A stretch of 64,000 nt of DNA, taken from Octopus bimaculoides. Its lineage: Eukaryota. Below the pieces are notes generated by a model. It searched no databases and was not told where the DNA came from. It worked only from the letters and a program-made list of their open reading frames with translations. Within the stretch, counting starts at the first letter, position 1. The number at the start of each line of letters is the position of its first letter. Positions 24,050-37,189 of this stretch are shown here, piece by piece. A program made the translations under genes and the position numbers. The DNA lies in assembly GCF_001194135.2 (NCBI RefSeq), contig NC_068992.1:58357322-58421321 (forward strand), given 5' to 3'.

Positions 24050-25100
24050 TACTTCTGCATGGTTGAAGACCATTCTACACTCTGATATGCAAAGGTTTAT
24101 CATGTGGTTTTCCAGGCCTTGTCCTGGTCTACAAATTCGTCTGATTTTTGTATGCCTGTAAGGATTTGGCTGTGATCACAGCAGACACAGGTGAAGTGGA
24201 CTAGGTTAGAGTTTGTCCAGTGATTATTTCTCCATCATTATTATTAATTGTGAGGATCCCAGCAGAATACTTGTTGCGTGTGTTGTTTATATTACTCTGG
24301 TTTGATTGGGATAATGTTGCTAGGATAGTATTGCAGCAAAATTTTAAAGTGGTGTAACAGTATTTTGCAGTGTTACAGTAGTGTCTTGCAGGGTTCTAGG
24401 TGCATTTAATTCTTTGGAAGTGATTGTTTATATAATAAATGGGATTGGAGTTTATTGCAGCAACAAACAGTCGTCTTCCCTAATTAGTCAAATTGAAAGA
24501 CCTGGTCATCCTTTATTTTTATATAAGTGACCAATGAGTATGATTTGTGTTAGACTGTGATGATGTAAGATGCACTGTTTCCTTTTTTTTTTTCTAGTGT
24601 GTTGTAGATTGATTGGAGACCAAGTCAAGGCTGGACTGGTATAGTCCATGATTACATAGGTGCTTCCAGTCATTGCTGTTATGAAATATCAGCTGACAAA
24701 ATCTCTAAATTACTTTAATATTCATAGAAAGTGTGGGGTGTAGTGTTATATGGTAGATAATTTACTTATGAGAACTAGAAGATGGCGGTGGGTCTTTGAG
24801 TTTGTATCTGCCACAATCCAGACATCAATAATTTATTCCATAATTCTTCTCACTGAGGTATTCTTTTTCAATACCAAAATATGAAGGCAACATTGGAAGT
24901 GTGTGGTGCTAAGTGCAGGGGTAATACTTGCTGCATCTATTTTGCAACATTTATTTTGTCTGCGTATCATATATGACCAAAGATTCTGTTTGGTGATTAC
25001 AATCCCAGAGCAGACATGCTAAGAGTACTCTTAATATATGTGTTGAAGGTTTACTGGAAGTTACTGACAAACCATCACAGAATGACAACATGTGCGAACA
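24050..25100 (-). mobile_element. Heavily decayed Penelope-like relic
   Basis: Minus translation near 24640-24700, FITAMTGSTYVIMDY, resembles the Penelope RT start motif (ADKGxxxVIMD). Cys-containing GIY-YIG-like traces near 24150-24200. No long ORF. Confidence 0.4.
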
Positions 25101-25958
25101 CTAACTGAATGAAGAAGAGTCAATTCATAACTTTAGTTTCTGTAGCATAAAGTAGATGAAACAAATCTTCCTCTAATCAGGAGGCTAGCCTGTTGCTAGA
25201 AAATTTTCCTTGAAAGACAAAGGTATATTCCTTAGCTAAGCTACTTGATGCAATCTAGAATTATGTATCTTGTAAACTATACTTACATGTATAAGTAGTT
25301 AAAAAACAAAAACAAAAGAAAGTGACACTGAATTTCTTAAAGAAGTGACAAAAATTAACATGTATGTCACAATGTAAAAATTGTGAGGCAACACACAGGC
25401 AGATCATGAATGAACAAAACTGTGCATTGAACAGTAAGAAATACTGAGAAATAAATATATATATATATATATATATATAATAAAATAGCAAAATGAAAGC
25501 AAAAAAAAGAAAAGAAAAACAGCAATAAAAAAATTTAAACAGACATTCGAGAAAATGGTTGGAACCAGAGGAGAAATAAACATGCAGAAGCCACGATAAA
25601 GAATACGTATCTAAATCTCAACATCAAATAATAAGCACAAAGTGTTATTGAACAGAATATTGGTACTATGTGGAGGCAAAGCAAATTCAAAAGTAGAGCA
25701 AAGAAAACAGTTCAACCATTCTGTGTAAACATATTGGTAAAAATATCCTTCAGTATTGTTGTAGATCAATAACTATAACATGGAACTATAATATGGCTGA
25801 GAGCTGATACTTTTTCAATGACCACGCTAAAAGTCAGTCTCCAGTTCTCTAGTTAAAGACGGATATCCATTGTTGTCCCACAATCTTATGCTAGATACTA
25901 TTTGAGTTTCGGTAGCTCTAGGACATAAGCGTTAACAAAAGAAACCAGTCTTAATCAA

Positions 25959-26068
25959 TCAGCTTGGCCTATCTTTTGCACAGATTTCAGAAGGAGGTTT
26001 AGGAACCAGAATTCCTCCTGAGGCTAGCAAATGATGAAATAAAACCTGCACCATATTATACTTTTGTT
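25959..26068 (-). CDS. Candidate downstream or terminal exon of the coiled-coil gene (uncertain)
   Basis: Strong minus-strand acceptor TTTTCCTTTTCACATCAG at 26069-26070. One frame gives EQKYNMVQVLFHHLLASGGILVPKPPSEICAKDRPS*, but its phase does not join directly to the 28416 donor. Confidence 0.25.
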
Positions 26069-26176
26069 CTGATGTGAAAAGGAAAAATATAAAATTTACA
26101 GTATGAAATAAAAGTGAAACATCATTGTAAAGAACTGCAAACATCACCGCAAGCAAGTTTGATTTTTTTTTTTTAA

Positions 26177-26397
26177 CCCTTCAGTATTCAGATTTATTTG
26201 TCAAATGTAATCCTTATTTATTCACATTGTTTTAAATTTACCAATCATTATCTAATAGCTTCAAGACTTTGATGGTGTGATTATGTAATTTTAGAATGAC
26301 ATTGTAGGGTAGATGAGAGAGGCCAGATGTGGCTGACCTGAACATAAAACAGGTAGAATATTTAGGCTTGATATGGCTGGTTTAAAAGTGCCAAATG
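26177..26397 (-). mobile_element. piggyBac-type MITE (same family as 43847-44071, inverted)
   Basis: TTAA|CCCTTCAGTATTCAGA ... GCCAAATG|TTAA, with internal homology to the other copies. Confidence 0.7.
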
Positions 26398-27192
26398 TTA
26401 ATCTAACTCAAAGGGAAGCATTGCCTTTATTAGCTGCAAGTCTTCTCAGATGGGTGAAGCTGATGTGATAAGTAGTAAACAAGGACTTCAGAGAATTTCA
26501 TGAACAGAAAGTGAGCTCCAAAAGATTGAAATTCTGAGAAAGAAGAACTAGGAGAAATGTACAGAAAGAGAGAAATACAGAAGAGATGAAGAATGGAAGT
26601 AAGGGAAGTATATTGATTTTAACTAGGTGCAGGTGTGGCTGTGTGATCAAGAAGCTTGCTTCCAAGCCATTTGGTCTTGGGTCCAGTCCCATTGTGCATC
26701 ATGCTGGTCAAGTGTCTTCTATAGAGCACTGGGCTGACAAAAGCCTTGTAAGACAGAAACTGAAAGAAGCCTGTTGTATGTATATATGTATATTATGCGT
26801 GCAAGCACACATGTGTATACCTTGTCTTGACATCACATGATAGTTGTAAAGAAGCACGATGTTCATTTCCAGTCTTCCGTGAAAAATATGTCTGATCATT
26901 GGGGATATTACTTTGCTTGAAAGCAAGTAAGCGTTGGTCACAAAAAGGGCAGCTGACCATAGAAAATATACGTCAGCAAATTCTGTCTGACCCATGCAAG
27001 CATAGAACATATAGAGACAAAAGAAGTGAGACTGTGACATGTGAAGGGCATCAGCATTGTAAGAGAGGTTAAAAGGTTACAACCTGCAATCTACAGCTGG
27101 ATCACAGATTTACTTAATCACTATCAACTACTCTCTTCATGAGACAACAACATAATTCATGATAATCCTTCCTTCTTCAAAGTCATTATTAA

Positions 27193-27410
27193 CCCTCTTG
27201 GGTCACCCAGGCCAGTTGATTGGCCCAAGTGATACAAGTTGAAAGGACATTAAGGTCGATCCATCAGCCCGATGGAACAAATGCTGTGAATGGTTGATTT
27301 TGAAGTGTAACAGCTAATCAGAAATCATCTTTCAGTAGATGTATCTCAGCAGAAAAAAATTTGGGTCTTTTTGACTACACATACTGAAATACCATGTGTC
27401 TAAAAAAGGG
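27193..27410. mobile_element. Short TTAA-flanked element (piggyBac-type MITE)
   Basis: TTAA|CCCTCTT ... AAAAAAGGG|TTAA. The inverted repeat is short. Confidence 0.5.
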
Positions 27411-27714
27411 TTAACATCCACCTAGTACAATGTTTTTGTTTTGTTTTTTTCTTTGAGTTTAGGAGTCAGATAAATCACAAGTCTTCCTTGACTTCACTGA
27501 AGCTTTAAGCAGATCAGCACAGATAGTTCGATATTAGTTATCTTTTACTTGTTTCAATCACTGGATTGTGATCATGCTGAGGCACAGGTTTTGAAGGGCT
27601 TAGTTGAACAAATTGGCCCCAGGATTTAATTTTTTTAAGTTTGGCACTTATTGTATCAATCACTTCTGCTGAACTGTGAAGTTATGGGGACATACAAACA
27701 CACACACAATGGAC

Positions 27715-28000
27715 TCGTTAGCCGAAGACGAAATATGAGTGTTCAGCTGTTGCCAAATGACCTCCACAAATGATTTGTTTATAATGATCAAATGTTTGTG
27801 TTACACATGAGCTCACTCTCTCCATCAAATCGATGTTGTCCGAACAGGTGCACTGTGTCAGGTGTCAAAGTGATCACAGAGCAACATGAGATGAAGTGTT
27901 TTGCTCCAGAATACAACGCACCATCTGGTCTAGGAATTGAAACCATGACCTCGCGATCATCAGTCCCACTCCCTAACCACTAGGCCATGCACCTTCACAC
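27715..28000 (-). mobile_element. tRNA-headed SINE (OR-like)
   Basis: Head GTGCATGGCCTAGTGGTTAGGGAGTGGGACTGATGATCGCGAGGTCATGGTTTCAATTCC on the minus strand. Confidence 0.7.
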
Positions 28001-28415
28001 ACACACACATGTATATATATACACACAACAGGCTTCTTTCGGTTTTTTTTTTTTACCAAATTCACTTGCAAGGTATTGGTAGGCCTGGAGTATAGCTATG
28101 CAGTGGGACTGAACCTGAAATCACATGGTAATAAAGTGAGCTTCTTAATAACTCAGCCATGCACCCACCTTGTTGCATACATTTTTTTTTTAATCACTTA
28201 ATCAGAGTAAAAAGAGCAACACCCATGAGTTTCTTCAAATATTCCACAATTGGTGAGTGGGGAAGGAAGGAGGACATTTATCCTTAGATGGAAAGTGTGA
28301 CCTAGATGTCTGCAACAGAAAGAGAGGATTCTGTTAAAAGCACCCAAGGAGGAGGATTGATGTCCCTATATTGGCAGAAAATTACTCCACCTTTCAAAGA
28401 GATACAAGCACTAAC

Positions 28416-28498
28416 CTGTTGTTGTTCAACTTGCTTCTTCAATTCAATTAACTCCAGTTTCAATTGTTTGTACTCTCGCACAATGTTAGCATTCTCAT
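28416..28498 (-). CDS. Exon of unidentified coiled-coil protein (phase 1 to 0): (D)ENANIVREYKQLKLELIELKKQVEQQQ
   Basis: Acceptor TTTTTCTTCTTGCAG, donor GTTAGT, 83 bp. Joins in frame to the 30292 donor. Confidence 0.85.
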
Positions 28499-28823
28499 CT
28501 GCAAGAAGAAAAACTTGTTAAATATTTTACATATGTATACACACACACATACACAAATGTGTCTGCGTAATGGACATACTTACACACATCTAATGCCACT
28601 TAACTTTAAGATAACCAGTGGCTGAGATAAGCTGTCTTCACCAAACAGTATGATGAGCAGAGAATCCAAAAATACAATGCTTTATAAGTAACAACACCAA
28701 CACCACACAAAGAGAGCTTACACAGAGAGTTCAAGATCAATTTGTGCCAAGCGGCTTCACTCTGCATGCTTAGCTTCATTACTGTGGCAAGAGTCCGGAT
28801 ACTTATTGATCAGACCATGTATG

Positions 28824-28867
<44 letters not shown>

Positions 28868-29550
28868 TTGCAAGATTTTTTATGTGAAATCGTGTGTTGA
28901 AACAGATGTTGTTGTACTTGGGGATGGTCATATTGCCAGTTTAGCCAATAAAAACACACGCACTGTATATTTGGTGTTAATTTTTGGTGTTAATATATAT
29001 ATATATATATACACAATATGGTGATGCAAACAGGAAAATTGGAACTCAAAATGAGTATATGTATAGTTTAATTAATATTTAGTAGAAACAAGAGAATGAC
29101 TCAAGTAGATGTGTCACTAGTTTCAGCTATTTTTAGTTTTTCTGGATTTGATCCTTTGTTTTGACAGTGTAAACATTGCGTGCTTAAAGCCTTTCGTGCA
29201 CTTCCCTTAAAAACTCCATTACAAGAAAGCTGACACACACAACTACTAAATTTTTAGCTACTGGACTATCTTTACATTGTCAAAGCAAATCTAATAAAAC
29301 CAAAAATAACTAAAACTAGTGACACATTTACTGACCAAAATGAAACTCTCTCTACCTGCCTACTTCTTTTTGTAAAGTGTTCACTTGTTCTACAAGTGTT
29401 TTGTAGTGTACTAGGATAATATACTTAATGCCACTAAACTTCTGACTGTTAAAAAATAGATATCAACTAAATCCTCTGAGAATGTTGGCTATAATAGATT
29501 AATCTACAGTAAAAATGGTTTCCTATCTCATTAATGACAAACAAACAAAT

Positions 29551-29611
<61 letters not shown>

Positions 29612-30291
29612 NNNNNNNNNNNNNNNNNNNNNNNNNNNNNNNNNNNNNNNNNNNNNNNNNNNNNNNNNNNNNNNNNNNNNNNNNNNNNNNNNNNNNNNNN
29701 NNNNNNNNNNNNNNNNNNNNNNNNNNNNNNNNNNNNNNNNNNNNNNNNNNNNNNNNNNNNNNNNNNNNNNNNNNNNNNNNNNNNNNNNNNNNNNNNNNNN
29801 NNNNNNNNNNNNNNNNNNNNNNNNNNNNNNNNNNNNNNNNNNNNNNNNNNNNNNNNNNNNNNNNNNNNNNNNNNNNNNNNNNNNNNNNNNNNNNNNNNNN
29901 NNNNNNNNNNNNNNNNNNNNNNNNNNNNNNNNNNNNNNNNNNNNNNNNNNNNNNNNNNNNNNNNNNNNNNNNNNNNNNNNNNNNNNNNNNNNNNNNNNNN
30001 NNNNNNNNNNNNNNNNNNNNNNNNNNNNNNNNNNNNNNNNNNNNNNNNNNNNNNNNNNNNNNNNNNNNNNNNNNNNNNNCGAAGGCCAGTCAGGCGGTAC
30101 TGGCAAAAACTTTCTTTACAACTGGATGCCCTTTCTAATGTTAAACATTTAACAATGGAAAAAAAAAAGTGTAACTTGTGGTTAGCGACCAAAGAATGAG
30201 CACTGACCCATATGAGCATCATGATAACCCTTGGTTGTGCTCTGAAAGCTACAGAACAATAAAAGCCATAACAAAATTAGGCATAGCATAC

Positions 30292-30442
30292 CTTTGAGTT
30301 TAACAATCTCCATTTCTTTTTCTTGCTTTAACTGCATATATTCCTGATTGCTGTTCATATCTTTTTGTCTTTTGTCTTCAGAGAATTTTTCATATTTTTG
30401 TTGTAGTCTATTGTACTCATTCTCTAAATCTTGATGTTGACT
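30292..30442 (-). CDS. Exon of unidentified coiled-coil protein (phase 0 to 1): SQHQDLENEYNRLQQKYEKFSEDKRQKDMNSNQEYMQLKQEKEMEIVKLK
   Basis: Acceptor GCCACTTCAG, donor GTATGC, 151 bp, open and E/K/Q-rich. Phase-compatible with both neighbours. Confidence 0.88.
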
Positions 30443-31917
30443 CTGAAGTGGCAAAATACCAGATCAATTTATGAAATTATAGTTATGAAAATAGAAATGG
30501 CTACAGCACAAAATCTTTCATCTCTTATTCCTTTATGTTTTAGCCATAGGTACTTATTCTATTAGTTCCTTTTGTCAAGCTGCTAAGTTAATGGGATGCA
30601 AACAAACTAACACCAGTTGTCAAGCAGTGGTGTGGGACAAACACAAAGGCATGCACATATACACACACACACAAACATAAGGGCTGCCACACAGTTTCCA
30701 TTGACCAAATCTACTCACAAAGCATAGATCTAAGAATGTCGTTTATTAAATGTGACAGATGGAGTGTCAACTGAATGAAATGTCACCTTGCAGTAAATAA
30801 ATTAACATTCCAGTGCTGTTGCATGTATTACAGAGTTATATTTAGTATGTTTGATACAGTCCAGTAGTTATTCTATCAGCCAATATCATTAATTGATTCA
30901 TTGAGGCTGAATGTCTATGACCCGTGGGACTGATTATGTAGAAATAAATAAATAAATAAATAATAAATTAATAGCATATGATTGATGATGTGATAGAAAT
31001 AATGTAACCCAGAACAGACTCTAAAGGAAATAACACATTGTATATTTGCTTAATCCTTTGTCCAGATTGAGTGACATAGTAGGAGCATACGGAGTCCATA
31101 ACTCAGAGGCTCGTAAATCAAATCTGTAATCTGTGAGGAAATGGGTACTATTTTTTGATATTTATACATTGCAGCTGAGTTGTCTAGAAGTATACCAACC
31201 ATATACATGTATATATACCTACAGGAGAGGTACAGATTACCCTATACACTAGAAATTTGTACAGGGTCAAGGGGGTCACTAACAGATTGTACAGCAAAGC
31301 CCAAATTGCATAATGGACAGAGATGACAACAGGAGTTTTTGCCTAGTATATAGGATTATCAATGATGATTATTATCAAAGAATATATAAGAAGAAACAAG
31401 CACCAGGTCTGTGAGAATTACATGAAAATAATATATTTTATTTTACTTGTTTCAGTCATTAGACTGTGGCCATGCTGGGGCACCGTTTTGAAGAATTTTT
31501 AGTCGAATGAATTGAGATCAGAACTTATTTTTTAAAGCCTGCTGTTTATGCTATCGGCCTCTTATGCAGAACTGTTAAGTTACAGGGACGGAAACAAACC
31601 AAACACCAGTTGTCAAGCAGTGGTAGGGAGCAAATATAGACCCCCCCCCCCCAACACACATGTACAATGAGTTTTTTTCAGTTTCTGCTTGCCAAATCCA
31701 TTCACATAACTTTGGTTGGCCTGGGGGCTATAGTAGATGCTTCCCTAAGGTGCCACACAGGGGGATCGAACCTAAAACCATGCAGTTAAGAAGCAAACTT
31801 CTTACCACACAGCCATGCCTGCACATACATACATATCCAAAACTTTGTAGAAATGACTGAGAAGAAGATATATAAAACTAAATATAAGAAATAAGTTCTA
31901 TATTTAAGAGATGAGGA

Positions 31918-32041
31918 ATTATTTACATTATTTACATTTGACGGATATTTGTCCTCATCTTGTTTGTTGTTAACACAACGTTGTGTTAACAACAAACAAG
32001 ATGAGGACGAATATCCGTCAAATGTAAATAATGTAAATAAT
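31918..32041. repeat. 124-bp palindrome with no spacer
   Basis: 62-bp arms centred on AAC|GTT (31979/31980). Single mismatch T31950:G32009. Confidence 0.95.
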
Positions 32042-32153
32042 GTATAAGAAATAAGAGCAAATAATTTCTTTGTTAAATAATTCCATTGGAAAAAAGTTCT
32101 AATCATATCATGGACGTGAATGCCATCCACAGCAAAATAATTATCCTAAATTG

Positions 32154-32187
<34 letters not shown>

Positions 32188-33417
32188 AAGAAGCAAATTA
32201 ATTACATTTTTTTTTTGTCAGTTTTGTTGAATTATTTGTATCACCTATGCCTTGCAGATAACATAGAAGATGAGTTACTGTCAAGGACAACTTAATTATA
32301 ATGCAAGAAGATAATCCCTGCTCCATGCTAATGAAAACTAAAAAGGAATACCAAATGATAAAATTAAAACACTCAGGCAGATAATTAATGAATTTAAATG
32401 TGTTTCATCACAAGAGATATTATCTTTTACACTGGTGAGCTTCTGCCTGATTACAATGAAACAACACATGGGATGTTCAGTAGAACTATTCTACTACATT
32501 AGCCCAAAGGTTTTACATCATCAATAACTGTGATGAACAACTTCAAACATTTAGTTCATGATTCAGAATGAAGCTTATTTCTTCCTGTTATTACCAGTGT
32601 TCTATTATGGAACTTTTTGTTTTAGCTTTTGTTTATTCTGGACTGAGTTTTCTAGTATAATGAATCCCACCACTTTTTCTTTCCTTGTTTTTCAAAAAAC
32701 AAAAATGGCAAATTCTTTGCAGAATTACAGATCTTGAAGACTGCACCGTGTCATTTTAGCAATTGCCTATGTTCCATAGGCCTGCTAGATCAAGGCTGAC
32801 CTCAAACAACAACAACAGCAACAACAATAGCAGCAGCAACAACACCATCACTACTACCAACACCATCACTACTACCAACACCACCAACAATGCTGCCATT
32901 GCCACTGCCGCCACCACCACCACCACCAACAAAAGTGTTATGAGATATTCTTTTTCTAAAGTGAACTTTAGAGAGAATAAGTCTACCCACTGAAATGTTT
33001 CATGCACTTCTCCAGTAATATGACTAAATTAGCAGAAAAATGGTTAGGCATACTTCCATATTTGATGGCATAAATAAATGCATGGACATATCAGCTGCAC
33101 CCCAATTTCAGCAGCACAGCACATATTCAGGAAGAAAAGTTCTTAAAGCATGCAATGTAGGTCCAACTCTGCAAATGGGACCTAAGGTTATTTCTTTTCT
33201 AAAGACATTTTGGGGGTGGGGTAAAAAACATGTCTTACATGTCACTAAAAATGGTAAGTAGAAAATTATGCAAGACCATAAAGAAGTTCAAGAAAGCGAA
33301 AAACAAAAATAAACTCTATTACCACCCATACTGGAACTGGAAAATAGATGTAATACAGAGATATCAATAAAATAAAAAAAGTTTTTAAATGCAAAGAAGT
33401 AAAAGAAAACAACATAC

Positions 33418-33471
33418 TTGTAACATTTTATGCTTTTCTTGAGCTTCTGCAAATCTGGCAGCTAGTTCTTG
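33418..33471 (-). CDS. Exon of unidentified coiled-coil protein (phase 0 to 0): QELAARFAEAQEKHKMLQ
   Basis: Acceptor TTGTGTGTTTCAG with an upstream pyrimidine tract, donor GTATGT, 54 bp. In frame with the 30442 exon. Confidence 0.8.
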
Positions 33472-33738
33472 CTGAAACACACAATTTAAAGAGAAGACAA
33501 TTCAAAATGCAAGTATCATGAGGTTATGCAGATATGTACTGTATTCAATTGCATAAAAGATGCACAAGCATAAAGCTTATAAGAGGCCCTTACTTTCACA
33601 TATAGGATTTGGTGTAATTTTTTTTTTGAGATGTGTTTTGGAAAAAAAAAAACTACACCATATATCTCATCAGATGCAGTATGTTCTTCACTTATTTCAT
33701 ACTGTACCGCAGCATCGGGATGTCTTTGGTCAGTTTAA

Positions 33739-34225
33739 CCCATTGACACCATGAGCCCCGTTTGGGGATCTGCTAAAAACAGTCTCACTGTTGGTTGTTC
33801 GTTGTATTTAAAGGGAATTGCTTATGGACATTGCATTTGCAGAAGTGTGTTTAACAATATTTAGGAGGTAAAGTTTGTCGTTATTAGCTCTGGTTAATTC
33901 TCGAGGACATTTTATGTCGAACTACAAAAATATCGACTGTTTTGAAAACGTTTTGTTTTTGCATTTCTCATCTATATCATCCATTGATATTTCATACACA
34001 TTCACATTTGTTGCTATAGTTTCAAAAAAACTAAAATGTTTATTGCAATTGAATAGAAAAGGATAAGTATGCTTCCCCCCCCCCCATTTAGGACTTTTTG
34101 AGAAATTATCCTAATTTCCAAAATAGTCCACATATAAAGAAAATTTAAATATTATATATTATTTTAACTTCTAAGACACCTGGCAAAGCCAAAAAATATG
34201 AAGAAAAAGTTTGGCAGTTAATGGG
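33739..34225. mobile_element. piggyBac-type MITE
   Basis: TTAA|CCCATTGACACC ... GGCAGTTAATGGG|TTAA. Confidence 0.7.
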
Positions 34226-34699
34226 TTAAGTAGCGTATCAGGGTTTCTACCAGAAGAAGTAGCTAGTTTCCCTCTTTCAACCAACCCTTCTCCATTTCTG
34301 AAGACAGGGACACTGCAAGTGATCTACACTCCTTCCATGACCCCTCTCACAACCCAACATAGAAGAGAGTTTCAAACATGGCGATTTGTCCACTCCTTAT
34401 TTGTCCTTAATCAGTGTCACTTCAAGAGAAACACTAACCTAATGGATAGGTAGACATGCTAAATGGGATACGCCTTAGGTGTACTTTTCTTAGGACATGC
34501 TTGTTCAATGTGATTCCACACAATTTCATCTACTCAATTCACTCCCAAGTCTTGAATTGACTTGGGGCTATGGAAAAATCCACTTTATCAAGGTGCTGCA
34601 CAAAAGGAATTTAACATGGAAGAACTTGATTCATAACCCTCATCATTTACTGTCCACTTTTCCATGCTCACAAGCATCAGACAGAAATTTTGTAGGTGT

Positions 34700-35186
34700 T
34701 TAGCTTATTATTATTTATTGAGGCTATGATGGTAGCTAAGTTACTAGTCAGACTATGGCCTACTCTACTTTTATTCTTAAATATTGCTGCACATTTATTA
34801 TTTAAGTTCAAGTGCTTATCTATGAGTCTCATTATGGAGTGAACTATGTTAGATTTGAGCTGCATGGCGAAGGGGATTATTAACCAGATCTTATCACTAT
34901 TTCATTTATTATTAATATTGTTATTTTTGGTATAGAAGCTGCCCCCAGTATTCGTATAGTGTGTGAAGTTGTAGTTATGGTTATTGTATTTCTTTCTATA
35001 GTTGTCTTTACCTTTATTATTGTTCGTGTCAGTTTTATTGGGGTTATTTCTATACGGTTTATGTGAACTAAATGGCTTGGTGTTATCATTCTTTACTGAG
35101 GTTATATTGGTTCTTCGGGGCTTGTTATTTTTATTCTTATTAATATTTAGGTTTATATTGTTATATATATGTATGTGCCTATCCAT
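34700..35186 (-). mobile_element. Penelope-like element fragment (Asn-rich linker plus pre-GIY-YIG block), copy 1
   Basis: Minus strand: Asn-rich ORF, then *NSDKIWLIIPFAMQLKSNIVHSIMRLIDKHLNLNNKCAAIFKNKSRVGHSLTSNLATIIASINNNKL. This aligns to the Penelope/Neptune motif KIIWFNPPFSxNVKTNIGxxFLxLIDKHF...KIFNRNTxKxSYSxxxNxxxIIxxHN. Confidence 0.75.
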
Positions 35187-35282
35187 GAGGGAACTGACTT
35201 AGTAAATGAGATACTCTCCTTTTATGGTCGCCTATCACCTTCATTCAATGGGTAAAGTCCAAAACGCCAACACAGTGACATT

Positions 35283-35670
35283 GTGATTCTTCAACAAAAT
35301 GACACTCACCTTCACATTGCTAATTTGACCAAAAATGCTATTCAAAAGCTTGATTGGAAGGTTCTACCATGCCTAGCATATTCTCCTGATATAGCACTTT
35401 CAGACTGCCATCTTTTCGGTTGCTCTCCAACAGTCTGTGAGGCATTTCATTCAACAACACAGAGCTGAGAGCATAAGTCAATGAATTCTTTGAATTTTTT
35501 TGAGTCAAGACCTGGTGATTTCAACCATCAAGGCAATGACAAACTAGTGGAATGTTGACAAGGAGTTGCAAACAATGAAGAATATATTACTAGCTGACTT
35601 GTTAAAATTGTTGATGAAAAAAGAAGATTAAAAATAAATGGTAGAAAATGAGTTTATCCAACAACCTGAT
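35283..35670 (+). mobile_element. Mariner transposase C-terminal fragment
   Basis: ILQQNDTHLHIANLTKNAIQKLDWKVLPCLAYSPDIALSDCHLF matches the HDNARPH...EVLPHPxYSPDLAPSDYHLF region. Confidence 0.8.
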
Positions 35671-35828
35671 AAAAGTAAATGAAACACAAATATCTAAAAC
35701 AAAAAAAATTTAAAGTAATAAAATTTAACTTACTCTATCTTTATAAAATTTTTCTTTTAGATTTGTTTTTTCTAAGTTTATTTCTGCAAAAGAAAAAAAA
35801 TGATGGTCATTACATATAATACCATAGA

Positions 35829-35894
<66 letters not shown>

Positions 35895-36311
35895 CAACAA
35901 CAACAACAACAACAACGATGATAATAATCCTTTCAACTATAGGCAAAAGAACTGAAATCCCATGCATGGAACTCTTGGTCTTTGAGTAACTTTGTCACTT
36001 TGTGTGTGTGTGTGTGTGTGTATGTATGTGTATATCGTTTATGTGAATTCATGTACTGAAGCATATTTTGTTGTGTCTGGGGAGAGTCATTCTGTTTTAA
36101 TGCCTTGTTAATTAACACAGGCACACTGGGTTGACTTGAAATCTGCATTTTATCCAAGTACCCGAAGGACCCAACACTCAGACAACTACAGGAGTACATC
36201 CTCATAAATGAAACATCTGTACTAAATAGGAGATACACATAGAAGATAGCGATACCCCAATACCCACAGTTTATACATACAGATAGATTTGTCAGTAGGC
36301 TATTACGGAGG

Positions 36312-36369
<58 letters not shown>

Positions 36370-36371
<2 letters not shown>

Positions 36372-36890
36372 AAAATGAAAAATAATAATAAGGCAGAATG
36401 CTAAACTGGAAGCATATTTTGATAAAGATTTCTCTAACCGGCTTTAATTGCGAAGCAAATTTTCAAGAAGAGGGAGAATGAAAATGTTTTTTACAAAGAA
36501 GTACAAAATGAAGAAAATAATATATAAAAAAAATAATATATAAAAAAATAACTATACCAATACATTATATTGTCTTTGAGCTTTTGAAGTTCAATGGTAG
36601 TTCATGTATATAATGGTTGGAAAAATAAGGATGCATGAGAGTTGAGAGTTGTTTTAGGTTTAAAAAAAGGGTTAAAAGCTTGTGTTAAGCAGGAAGTGTG
36701 GTGTCAAAACAGGAAGTGTGTGTAAGGGGAGACAAATGTTTTTAGTTGGAGTTATGAACTCTTTTTTTCCAACAGGAAGTTTATGTCTGTTCCTAGAGAA
36801 ATAAGGTCACTGAGGGGTACGTGTGTTAAGAAATGGTTTGGAATTTCTCTATGAAAAGATTCTCCTTGTTGATTCTTTCTTGTGTGGAGA
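36370..36890. repeat. Interspersed repeat, copy 2
   Basis: Matches 15216-15567 over 36370-36737. Preceded by (TA)n. Confidence 0.8.
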
Positions 36891-37189
36891 CTCTGATATA
36901 TATATATATATATAGGTAGGTAGGTAGGTAAAGGGATACGTAAGCAAACAGACAGATAAGCAGATAGATAGGTACATGGGTAATACAGAGACAAGCACAC
37001 ACACACACACACACACACAAACATGCACACACAAACATGAATATGCAGAATACATAATACAAACTTTCACACACACATACATATATATATGCATACACAC
37101 ACACATACATATATACATACATTTGCATATACACATGCACACTGACACACACATGCACACAAACATACAAAAAGAACACAGCTGTGACA

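Noticed and set aside
34880-35202. Hydrophobic plus-strand frames resembling a mitochondrial ND6/ND4L insertion (NUMT)
   Set aside because: The hydrophobicity is the antisense of an Asn/Lys-rich frame. The minus strand carries a Penelope motif and has a paralogue at 63297-63790.
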